Of a stretch of DNA of 53,065 nt, positions 44,518 through 52,932 are shown piece by piece. The position numbers and the translations under genes are program-made. The notes under the pieces were generated by a model. The model saw only the letters and a list, made by a program, of their open reading frames with translations, had not been told where the DNA came from and searched no databases. The stretch lies in the NCBI GenBank assembly GCA_015520605.1, contig WAPT01000011.1:1-53065 (forward strand). The letters run 5' to 3'. This DNA is from Nanobdellati archaeon (lineage in GTDB: Archaea; EX4484-52; WAPT01). Numbering within the stretch: the first letter of the stretch is position 1; the number at the start of each line of letters is the position of its first letter.

Positions 44518-45489
44518 ATGAGCGCAAAGAACTTTGCTGACCGCCTGCTAAGCTTGATGGATGAATTGCAGAATCCCTGCTGCATAGGGCTTGATACAAG
44601 AATAAGCTTCGTACCTTCATTCATAAAGCAGGAAGCTGCGGAAAAGGAAGATGATGCTTTTGAAGCGGCATCGGATGCAATACTTGAGTTCAACAGAAGG
44701 ATCGTGGATGCCACTTATGATCTTGTGCCGTGCTACAAGATAAACTCAGCCTTCTACGAACTTTACGGCAAACATGGCATAAAGGCCATGAAAAAAACGA
44801 TTAAGCACATAAAAAAGAAAGGCAGAGTGATTATTCTCGATGTTAAACGCAACGATATAGGGAGCACGGCTGAAGCTTATGCTAATGCTTATCTCGGCAG
44901 GGTTGAACTGTGCGACGGAACAAAAACAAAAAGTTACTTTGATGTTGACGCCATAACTGTTAATCCTTACCTTGGTAGCGATGGAGTGTTACCTTTCATG
45001 GAAGCGTGCAAGAATTATGGCAAGGGCATCTTCGTGCTTGTGAAAACCTCAAACCCCTCAAGCTCTGAGCTTCAGGACAGAACTCTTGAGCAGGGCGATG
45101 TTTTACTTTTCCATCTCGTCTCAAGAAAAGTGGATGAGTGGGGTCAAGAGCTTGTTGGTAGTGAGTACGGTTACTCTTCCGTGGGTATGGTGGTGGGAGC
45201 CACCTTTCCGGAGCATGCAAAGATATGCAGAAATCTGGCTCCGAGAGCAATAGTGCTTGTACCTGGCTATGGAGCGCAGGGCGCAACAGCAAGGGATGTT
45301 GTGCACAACTTCAACGATGATGGGCTCGGGGCCATAATTCATTCAGCCAGAGGCGTAATTGCAGCTTACAAAACCGAAAAATTCGGCATGCCTGAAGAGA
45401 AGTTTGAAGAAGCAGCAAGAAACGCTACCATTGAAATGATAAGGGATGTGCTCAATGCATTGAGACATGAGAATAAGTGCAGGTGGTAG
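44518..45489 (+). CDS. pyrF: orotidine-5'-phosphate decarboxylase, long (type 2) form
   Basis: CIGLD, YKINSAFYE, ILDVKRNDIGST and TVNPYLG motifs; 323 aa. Confidence 0.8.
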   Translation: MSAKNFADRLLSLMDELQNPCCIGLDTRISFVPSFIKQEAAEKEDDAFEAASDAILEFNRRIVDATYDLVPCYKINSAFYELYGKHGIKAMKKTIKHIKKKGRVIILDVKRNDIGSTAEAYANAYLGRVELCDGTKTKSYFDVDAITVNPYLGSDGVLPFMEACKNYGKGIFVLVKTSNPSSSELQDRTLEQGDVLLFHLVSRKVDEWGQELVGSEYGYSSVGMVVGATFPEHAKICRNLAPRAIVLVPGYGAQGATARDVVHNFNDDGLGAIIHSARGVIAAYKTEKFGMPEEKFEEAARNATIEMIRDVLNALRHENKCRW

Positions 45490-45796
45490 AGGTAGTGGAA
45501 TGATTTATTCTCCCTCCATTACCATTGTGCTTCATAACTGTGTAGATCTCATCGGGACTCACAGACGATCGGAAGTAAGCATCACGCTCTAATTTGGAGA
45601 TGCCATCCTTCCTGAGTTTCCACTTCACAACAGAATCTCTTCTCAACTCGTTCGTGCGTACCAACCTCTGCCTCCCGCACACGGAACATATACCCCAGAG
45701 GTAATGACACCCTCTTATCGGGTCGTACTCCATCACGAGCTCCTCATATTTATCAAATCTGTGGTATGGATTTCTGCATAGATCGTGCAAGCCCAT
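45452..45796 (-). CDS. hypothetical Cys/His-containing protein
   Basis: 114-aa ORF (C..H...C.....CSVC). Its 3' end overlaps the pyrF end by 38 nt. Confidence 0.4.
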   Translation of the reverse strand: MGLHDLCRNPYHRFDKYEELVMEYDPIRGCHYLWGICSVCGRQRLVRTNELRRDSVVKWKLRKDGISKLERDAYFRSSVSPDEIYTVMKHNGNGGRINHSTTSTTCTYSHVSMH

Positions 45797-46093
45797 GTAA
45801 AGATCATATCTCTATATCAATATATTGTTAACGGTTTAACACGGAGAATCCTTCATCTTAACACATGCCATTCCATAGCAACAAATTATAAACAGAAACA
45901 AAACTCTGAACAAAAATTCAACACAGTATCAATATTCTTTGCATTTCTCTTGAAACAGGTATAGAACTTTTTCCGTGCCTCAAAAGCAAAAACCTAATTT
46001 AACCGGCAATTTGGTCTTTGTAAATACGTGAAAACAATCCTTGCAAAGAATAAATCTTTTTAAAACTCGTAGAGAATTGAATCCTCTGGTGAA

Positions 46094-47914
46094 ATGAAGA
46101 TGGCGAAGAAGAGCAAAGGAAAGATATACGTGCCTGACACTTCGGCAATAATAGCTGGAGTTGTAGGAAGACTTATTGATGAAGGCCAGATAGAGAAGGG
46201 AGATACTATTATTGTGCCTGAATTTGTGATTTCTGAGCTCGAAAATCAGGCAAACAGAGGCAGGGAGATCGGTATAGAGGGGTTGGAGGAACTCAAGCTT
46301 ATAAGGCAGAGATGTATTGAGAAAGGAATTTCATTCGTAGAAGCGGGAAGGAAACCAACACTCGAAGAAATTCAGCTTGCAAGAAGCGGGAGAATTGATG
46401 CCCTTATAAGGGACATAACCAAGGAGATGAACGGTATTTTGATAACATGCGACATGATCCAGGCGATGGGTGCCGAAGCCCTGGGGATAGAGGTGATCTA
46501 CGTTGAGCACAAAATGCCTGAAATACTGGCCATAGAAAAATGGCTCACTCCCGATACGATGTCCCTTCACCTCAAGGAGAGCTGCAAACCCAAAGCCAAG
46601 AGAGGGAAGCCAGGAGACTTCAAGCTTGTGGAGGTCGATGATGTTATCCTCGCGAGAGATATGCTGGAGGAATTCGCGAGGGAGATAATGGAGCGTGCAA
46701 GAATGGATAGGAAAGCCATGGTAGAGGTAAGCAGGAAAGGTGCTACCGTCGTGCAGATCGGTTCTTACAGAATTGCCATAACCCGTCCTCCCTTCTCGGA
46801 AGCTATGGAAATAACACTTGTAAGGCCCATACTCAAAGTTAGCCTTGATGACTACAAATTATCTGAAAAGCTGAAAAAGAGATTGGAGGAGAGAGCGGAG
46901 GGAATACTCATAGCTGGACCACCGGGCCATGGAAAGACAACATTGGCTCAGGCTTTAGCCGAGTTCTATGCTTCCAAGGGTAAGATAGTTAAGACTATGG
47001 AACAGCCGAGGGATCTGCAGGTCAGCGCGGAAATAACACAATACGCCCCCCTAGAAGGAGAGATGAGCAAAACAGCTGACATCCTCCTGTTGGTCAGACC
47101 TGATTACACCATTTATGATGAGCTGCGCACCACACACGACTTCAGGGTCTTTGCTGACATGAGGCTTGCCGGTGTGGGTATGGTTGGTGTGGTGCATGCC
47201 ACCCAACCAATCGATGCGGTGCAGCGATTCATACAGAGAGTGGAGCTGGGACTTATTCCGCACATAGTCGATACCGTCATCTTTGTCAAGAGTGGTAGGA
47301 TAGAGAATGTGTATGTGCTTGACATGAACGTAAGGGTACCTTCAGGAATGACCGCTGAGGATTTAGCAAGACCAATTGTAGAGGTGATAGATTTTGATAC
47401 CGGCAAGCTCGAGTACGAGATTTACACCTACGGTGAGCAGACCGTAGTGATGAAGGTCAAGGAAGCGAAGGAATCAACCATAACGAAGCTTGCTCAGGAG
47501 AGGCTGGAACAGATACTGAAGCGATACATAAAAGACTTCAGCGTTGAAATCGTCGGACCTAATAGAGCCGTGCTGCGTGTGAAAAAGGAAGATGTGCCTA
47601 AGGTCATCGGTAAGGATGGTAAAAACATAGCTAAGCTGGAGGAGCTGGTGGGTATAAGGTTGTCCGTTGAGCCGATAGTCGACACACTTAAAAAACCCGT
47701 GCCCTATACAGTCAGGGAAGCCTCAGGAAGCGTGATCATCGAGCTAGACAGGAAACTTATCGGTAAGAACGTGGATGTTTACAAGGGTGACGAGTTTCTC
47801 TTCTCGGCCACCGTGGGTAAGAAAGGACAAATAAGGATAAAGAAGAAGAGCGACCTTGGCAAGAAGGTATTGCAGGCTGTAGCATTGGGTAACCTCAGAG
47901 TTCTGGTAGACTGA
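46094..47914 (+). CDS. PIN-domain / P-loop ATPase / KH-domain protein (conserved archaeal PilT-N-type ATPase)
   Basis: IYVPDTSAII (PIN), GPPGHGKTT (Walker A) and VIGKDGKNIAKLE (KH). Confidence 0.8.
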   Translation: MKMAKKSKGKIYVPDTSAIIAGVVGRLIDEGQIEKGDTIIVPEFVISELENQANRGREIGIEGLEELKLIRQRCIEKGISFVEAGRKPTLEEIQLARSGRIDALIRDITKEMNGILITCDMIQAMGAEALGIEVIYVEHKMPEILAIEKWLTPDTMSLHLKESCKPKAKRGKPGDFKLVEVDDVILARDMLEEFAREIMERARMDRKAMVEVSRKGATVVQIGSYRIAITRPPFSEAMEITLVRPILKVSLDDYKLSEKLKKRLEERAEGILIAGPPGHGKTTLAQALAEFYASKGKIVKTMEQPRDLQVSAEITQYAPLEGEMSKTADILLLVRPDYTIYDELRTTHDFRVFADMRLAGVGMVGVVHATQPIDAVQRFIQRVELGLIPHIVDTVIFVKSGRIENVYVLDMNVRVPSGMTAEDLARPIVEVIDFDTGKLEYEIYTYGEQTVVMKVKEAKESTITKLAQERLEQILKRYIKDFSVEIVGPNRAVLRVKKEDVPKVIGKDGKNIAKLEELVGIRLSVEPIVDTLKKPVPYTVREASGSVIIELDRKLIGKNVDVYKGDEFLFSATVGKKGQIRIKKKSDLGKKVLQAVALGNLRVLVD

Positions 47915-48475
47915 TTACATTATCACGAGATTTCTTTTGGGTTTCTTACCGATTTCAAAGAGTTGGTAATATCTTTCCGGAAAAATGCTCTTAACCAATG
48001 ATATCGTCTCTGCGTTGACGTATTTTTTGTAATTTTCATCATTATTATATATCATTTCGCGAATTTGAGATGCGTTAATCTCCTTCGTACCATTTTTCTT
48101 TACCGTATTGAAACCGAGCAACTTTAACCCCACACACACAGAAAAGTCTCTTGTAACGATCTCTGATTTATGATCATCAGTCCCACCATAACAGTCAGCG
48201 TTATTCTTTATCACCTGATATATTCTGTTCTTTAACTTCCAAGGATTTTTTGTTGATTTCACAAAAGAAACTGTAGTGATAGTTTCATCAAACGCAGGGT
48301 CGTTCCTTATCATTCTGTAAACCTCCTCAGGATAAAATGGATTGGAAAGTGATGGATTTGTAACATAAATCGCGATAGTAACGAAATCATACTCTTCCTT
48401 AACTTCCTCATACAATTTTCTGTGGTCCACATGCCAAGGTTGGAACCTACCAATAATCACCCCGTGGGCTTTCAT
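47915..48475 (-). CDS. cytidylyltransferase-fold nucleotidyltransferase (NMN adenylyltransferase-like, divergent)
   Basis: GVIIGRFQPWHVDH matches the GRFQP.H.GH signature. AT-rich. Confidence 0.55.
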   Translation of the reverse strand: MKAHGVIIGRFQPWHVDHRKLYEEVKEEYDFVTIAIYVTNPSLSNPFYPEEVYRMIRNDPAFDETITTVSFVKSTKNPWKLKNRIYQVIKNNADCYGGTDDHKSEIVTRDFSVCVGLKLLGFNTVKKNGTKEINASQIREMIYNNDENYKKYVNAETISLVKSIFPERYYQLFEIGKKPKRNLVIM

Positions 48476-48623
48476 AAAATTTAGTTTTGATGAAATCCAT
48501 TTTTTAAAATTTACTATTTGTTAGTTATCAAAATTCCACTCTTTATCGGCAGTATGATAGGCATATCTATATAAATATTGCAGAAGATAAGAGCAATACA
48601 CTGCATACAAAACTGCAAAAGAG

Positions 48624-48866
48624 GTGGGAACTGTGGTGAAATTCGAAACTATAAGGAGCGTGGATGTGAAGCTTGGAGGAAATAACTTTCTGGAAGTTGC
48701 ACACAAGAAAGCCATCACAACCGAAGGGGAAAACGAGTTTATATCTCTTTCTAGAGGGTTCATAACGATGGAAAATGAAAAGAGGTTCAAGAGAAGTATA
48801 GCTATACCGTATGATAAGGATGTTGTTGAGAACGTGAAGAAAGCATTGGAATCACTGCTCGAGTAA
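48624..48866 (+). CDS. small hypothetical protein (possibly PC4/YdbC-like ssDNA-binding fold)
   Basis: 80 aa with a GTG start. The FLEVAHKK...FISLSRGF pattern is only weakly reminiscent of PC4-like proteins. Confidence 0.35.
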   Translation: MGTVVKFETIRSVDVKLGGNNFLEVAHKKAITTEGENEFISLSRGFITMENEKRFKRSIAIPYDKDVVENVKKALESLLE

Positions 48867-48920
48867 TCAATTATGATCTGAACTCATGAATGGCGGAATT
48901 GAATTTTTTGTTTTCTCTTC

Positions 48921-49535
48921 TTATATGTATCTCGTGTTTCCAAAAAATGAAACGCCATCCTCACCAAACTCATTGGGAGGTCTTTCATAAGCGGTTAGAT
49001 TACCTTCCAGCAAAATACTTTTGCCATCTTTTTCCAGAGATTCGATATTAACCCCAATTTTCTCATTCAGTTTATTTTCCAGCGGTTCTGTGGGGAATGC
49101 TGGCACCATCCCTGCATGGACGTTTGCATAGAGGGTGTTGTTTTTGAGCAGTCCATGATGCACCCGCAGAGTAGCATCCAGTGCAGTTTTCGGAAGATCC
49201 GACAGAAAATCTTCATCGGGATGGAATTTGTAAATCTCGACTGGTTTGAGATCATTGACCGATAGGGCTCCGGCTCCGCACACCTGTATTTTCTCTATCT
49301 GAAAGGTGAAACCTATATTTTCCCTTTTTTCGTTGTTTGCAGAAAGATGATTTTTAAGGAGGTTCCGATACACTACATTATCCACAAGGAGAGCAGGGAT
49401 ATTTAGCAGATCCTCTAAGGGCGAGTAATTAACATCTTGTAGCTTTCTCTTTGTTTTTTCTGGAAGAGGTTTAACCTGCACGACACATTTATAACATCCT
49501 GGAAATCCTCTATAAATTCGCATCATCGTCATCAC
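48921..49535 (-). CDS. hypothetical protein
   Basis: 204-aa AT-rich ORF with no recognised motif. Confidence 0.45.
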   Translation of the reverse strand: MMTMMRIYRGFPGCYKCVVQVKPLPEKTKRKLQDVNYSPLEDLLNIPALLVDNVVYRNLLKNHLSANNEKRENIGFTFQIEKIQVCGAGALSVNDLKPVEIYKFHPDEDFLSDLPKTALDATLRVHHGLLKNNTLYANVHAGMVPAFPTEPLENKLNEKIGVNIESLEKDGKSILLEGNLTAYERPPNEFGEDGVSFFGNTRYI

Positions 49536-49591
49536 ACTAACTCCAGATTAAATACATTTCTGGATATTTAAGTTTTTTTCTTGCTAGGTTC

Positions 49592-49781
49592 TGTTAACAT
49601 TCTGCGGGTATGCGAAGCGCCACCGCCTTTTATCAACGATAGTTAATAAGATGTTAAAATATAAGTTTGGCGGTGGCGTTTGGGCGGAGTGCCGAAGGCA
49701 CAAAGCCGCATAGCCGCTTGTTAGGCGTGGGCGTAAGCCCCGAAGTGAGCGTAAGCGAACGGAGAGTCGGGCGGTGCGGCA
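49592..49781. repeat. GC-rich multi-hairpin repeat, left copy (attC-like: TGTTAAC ... GTTAGGC, plus a 3' extension)
   Basis: Boxes at 49592-98 and 49720-26. Stems are 49604-14/49707-17, 49618-27/49669-78, 49689-93/49697-701 and 49729-32/49737-40. It is homologous to 52951-53065. Confidence 0.7.
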
Positions 49782-50447
49782 CTATTTGTATTTTTTATCT
49801 CCCATTTTGTAATAGAGACAAATATTTCTAATAGGGCACTCTGAACATTTAGGTTTCTTAGCTCTACACACCAGTGCGGCAAAATCCAAAATTGCTAAAT
49901 TAAAGTTCTTACTGTTACCGTGTGGGATTAGTGTTTCGGCAAATTCCCATATCTTTCTATCATCGCGAGCCCTTGATTTCTGTGATTTTATACCAAATAC
50001 ACGGTAAATGACTCTAATAAAGTTCGTATCTAGAAGAGGAACGTTTTTTGAAGAGGTAAAGCTCAAAACTGCATTCGCCGCGTACATTCCTACACCGGGT
50101 AATTCTAATAATTTCTCTAGTTCCAGAGGTATCTCTCCATCATATTTTTCCTTGATATATAAGCCAAATCTCTTAAGCAGTTCTGCCCTCTTATGTTCCA
50201 TTCCTAATGGTTTAAGCAGTTCTTTCAGATCATTTATATCTGCATTTGCCAGAGAATTTGGATCCGGGTAGAGTGATAGGAACTGACTGTATATTTTCTC
50301 AACTTGCTTAGCTGTTGTTTTTCTTAAGAGCATCTCTGCTATAAGTATTGAATAAGGATCTTTAGTATGGCGCCATGGAAAATCCCTTTTGTTCTTTTCC
50401 CACCAGTCTAGGAGAAGCCTTATAAATTGATTTTTCTTATTCTGCAT
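49782..50447 (-). CDS. HhH-GPD/[4Fe-4S] DNA glycosylase (EndoIII/MutY family; Mig-like T:G mismatch glycosylase candidate)
   Basis: FPWR, ILIAEMLLRKT, LPGVGMYAANAV (HhH-GPD) and CRAKKPKCSECPIRNIC (Cx6Cx2Cx5C) motifs. Confidence 0.75.
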   Translation of the reverse strand: MQNKKNQFIRLLLDWWEKNKRDFPWRHTKDPYSILIAEMLLRKTTAKQVEKIYSQFLSLYPDPNSLANADINDLKELLKPLGMEHKRAELLKRFGLYIKEKYDGEIPLELEKLLELPGVGMYAANAVLSFTSSKNVPLLDTNFIRVIYRVFGIKSQKSRARDDRKIWEFAETLIPHGNSKNFNLAILDFAALVCRAKKPKCSECPIRNICLYYKMGDKKYK

Positions 50448-50465
50448 TTTAACACCGCACCCTTT

Positions 50466-51881
50466 TCAGCTTAGCTCGTTAAGTATTGTTTTTACAATCT
50501 GAGCTATTTTTCTGCCAAGCAGGGGAGGTACAGCCTCCCCTATTTGTGCTCTAACTTCAGCAGAACTGCCTTTAAACAAAAAGGAATCTGGGAAGGTTTG
50601 CAGACGCGCCCTTTCTCTATTAGTAAGTTTTCCTCTGCCCCTCCTGTAATGGTAACCCCATGTACCCCCTCCACCATAGGCAACCACAGTATATGACGGT
50701 TTCAGAGGATGAAGTCTTCTATAAATAAGACTGATTCCCCTTCCCTCAACCTCCCACTTTGTACCTCTAACAAATTCGTGGTTTTCATCAGGGGGAATCA
50801 TTTTTAGCCGGTCTAAAACACTTTTTACTTCTCTTGGAACAACATTACTGTGATCGGGAAATTCCCTTCCTTCCAATTTTTTACCATAATATCCTAACTC
50901 TCTCAAAAGCTCTGCATGTTGTTGAAACGCCTCATCTATTTCTCTGGGGTTACTTTCCGTTATTCTGTTCATAAAAATGTAGTCTTTTACAATGTCAAAG
51001 CTCAGTTTTTCCCAAATATCACGCTTCCATTTCTCGGCTTTTTCCGTTTTGACAATTTCTGCAACTTTCCTATATTCCCTCATTACCTCCTCGTACTCAC
51101 TCTGGAGTTCTGGAATTGGTCTGCCCTCAAAAGCTTCAATAGTTGTTAAGGGATACTTTTTAAATACTGAGTTTTCACCGTTAAGTATGCTGGAAGCTTT
51201 CTGTTTTATTGTGTTTGTTTTCAGCCAATCTCCACCGATGAGGTCCTCTCTAACTCCAATAATAATCAAGCGCTTTCTTCTTTGAGGTACGCCCAAATTT
51301 GCAGAATCTACTATGCCAGAAAAAATGATAATGTAGCTTTTAATTTTATTATCTGTATTATTGCCAACAATCTTTTTTATTTCTCCCCATCTCAGCTTAA
51401 GCTTAGAGAAATCCTCTAATATTGTTTTATACGCTGTGCCTCTATTGGCGCTCTTCAGTCCGGGGACATTTTCAAAAACAAAGACCTTCGGCTGAAGGTG
51501 AATAAGGGCCCTTACAAAATGTGCGTAAAGCCGCCCCCTTTTGACTTTTATTCCTTGTCTTTCTTTTTCAGTGCCTCTCACTATTGAAAAATCTTGACAA
51601 GGGGGACCGCCTGCAATAACATCAATTTCATCATTAATTGTGCTGAAGTCTATTTCAGCCACATCGCCCAGCAAATATGCAGGGAAACTGCTTTCCCCCT
51701 TCTGGTTGAACTCACTAACATCAATTACACTGTGCCCAAAGTTTTCTGCATATGTAAGAGCAGGTGGAGAAAGTATATCATTTGCCAAAAGCATTTTGAA
51801 GCTTCCTTCTATTTTAAAGCCGAGATCCATTCCACCGGCACCGGAAAAAAGCGATACTAAAGTATACTCATCCTTCATCAT
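50466..51881 (-). CDS. DNA (cytosine-5)-methyltransferase
   Basis: Motif I is LFSGAGGMDLGF, motif IV is GGPPCQDFS, motif VI is FENVPGL, motif VIII is QRRKRLIIIG, and motifs IX-X are TFPDSFLF...QIGEAVPP. Confidence 0.9.
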   Translation of the reverse strand: MMKDEYTLVSLFSGAGGMDLGFKIEGSFKMLLANDILSPPALTYAENFGHSVIDVSEFNQKGESSFPAYLLGDVAEIDFSTINDEIDVIAGGPPCQDFSIVRGTEKERQGIKVKRGRLYAHFVRALIHLQPKVFVFENVPGLKSANRGTAYKTILEDFSKLKLRWGEIKKIVGNNTDNKIKSYIIIFSGIVDSANLGVPQRRKRLIIIGVREDLIGGDWLKTNTIKQKASSILNGENSVFKKYPLTTIEAFEGRPIPELQSEYEEVMREYRKVAEIVKTEKAEKWKRDIWEKLSFDIVKDYIFMNRITESNPREIDEAFQQHAELLRELGYYGKKLEGREFPDHSNVVPREVKSVLDRLKMIPPDENHEFVRGTKWEVEGRGISLIYRRLHPLKPSYTVVAYGGGGTWGYHYRRGRGKLTNRERARLQTFPDSFLFKGSSAEVRAQIGEAVPPLLGRKIAQIVKTILNELS

Positions 51882-51890
51882 CCTTCACTC

Positions 51891-52895
51891 CTATAAGCGT
51901 TCAATCAACCTGCGCCAATTTTCCTCTCCCCACTTCAAACCTCCGGAGTGCGCCAGAAAGTGTGGCGTAGTTAGAGAGTCAATGATAGGTTCTATTTCTA
52001 TTCTAAGAGCTCCGTCTGGATCAAGCTCTCTTATGCGCGGATGATTCCGCAGTGTTTCTCTCGAAAATATGCCAATACCTTGGGTTACAGTAATTCTTAT
52101 TTTAGTTCTTCCCTTTTTCCGGCAAATTAGCTGATGTATGGGAAGGTTCAATTCATTTTTATTCAAATATCCTGCTATGTATGCAGGAATTGGATCGAAC
52201 TGTGGAATTTCATCCCAAAGTTCCTCAGCCATAGCATCGTTTAGCTCACCAAGGTTTTTTGCTTTGGGGAATAGCTTATCCTTCAGAAAACTGATTGCCT
52301 TCAAAAAAGCCAAAAAGTGGTGCCTCAGAATTCCTATTTTTACTAAAATAAAAATATCAGAATGTTCTATTTGAGCACCCGGCACATCAAGCCATCTGCC
52401 GTTAAACTTGGTTGTTTTAATGCTGATCTTCATATGGGGATTTCTCCAGTCCTCATGTGGAAATCTTACCTTAACAATATCTGTTGGAAGGAATTCAGTT
52501 AATTCTCCTCTGCGCGTGTCCAAAGCTGTTTCTATACCAAATTTTTCTTTCAAAAATTTTGACACAGCTATTTCCCCTAAAAAACCTCTTGAGGTGTCAG
52601 TCCACACCTGAGCCATATCACGCTGTCTTGAGCTACCAAAATCTGTGCCAGCAAAAACAGGAGCAAGCCACAAAGCTCTTACCAGAGCTTTGGAGTAATC
52701 ATCTTTATCAAGCCAGACAAATTGATATTTAAATCTATCTTCAAACCAGTTTTCAAAACTTATACCGTTAATTTCCAATCCCTCTTTAGCACCTCTTAAT
52801 ATTTGCACAGCAAGTGTGCGCGCAGAGTTTGTGTCGTTTATTTTTTCTTCCAGAAAATTAGTAATCCTTCTTATATAAGATTCATCCATATTCAT
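51891..52895 (-). CDS. putative type II restriction endonuclease partner of the C5-methyltransferase
   Basis: 334-aa ORF 9 nt upstream of the methyltransferase gene, with a GAGGTG RBS. The only possible PD-(D/E)xK-like segment is PTDIV...KISIKTTK. The call rests mainly on context. Confidence 0.45.
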   Translation of the reverse strand: MNMDESYIRRITNFLEEKINDTNSARTLAVQILRGAKEGLEINGISFENWFEDRFKYQFVWLDKDDYSKALVRALWLAPVFAGTDFGSSRQRDMAQVWTDTSRGFLGEIAVSKFLKEKFGIETALDTRRGELTEFLPTDIVKVRFPHEDWRNPHMKISIKTTKFNGRWLDVPGAQIEHSDIFILVKIGILRHHFLAFLKAISFLKDKLFPKAKNLGELNDAMAEELWDEIPQFDPIPAYIAGYLNKNELNLPIHQLICRKKGRTKIRITVTQGIGIFSRETLRNHPRIRELDPDGALRIEIEPIIDSLTTPHFLAHSGGLKWGEENWRRLIERL

Positions 52896-52932
52896 AGTTT
52901 AACACCTCTTCTTTTTTATTCCTTTCTTTCAA

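Noticed and set aside
44292-44714. 140-aa minus-strand and 68-aa plus-strand ORFs between the deacetylase gene and pyrF
   Set aside because: They overlap each other and the pyrF 5' end, have no RBS or motif support, and have low-complexity composition.
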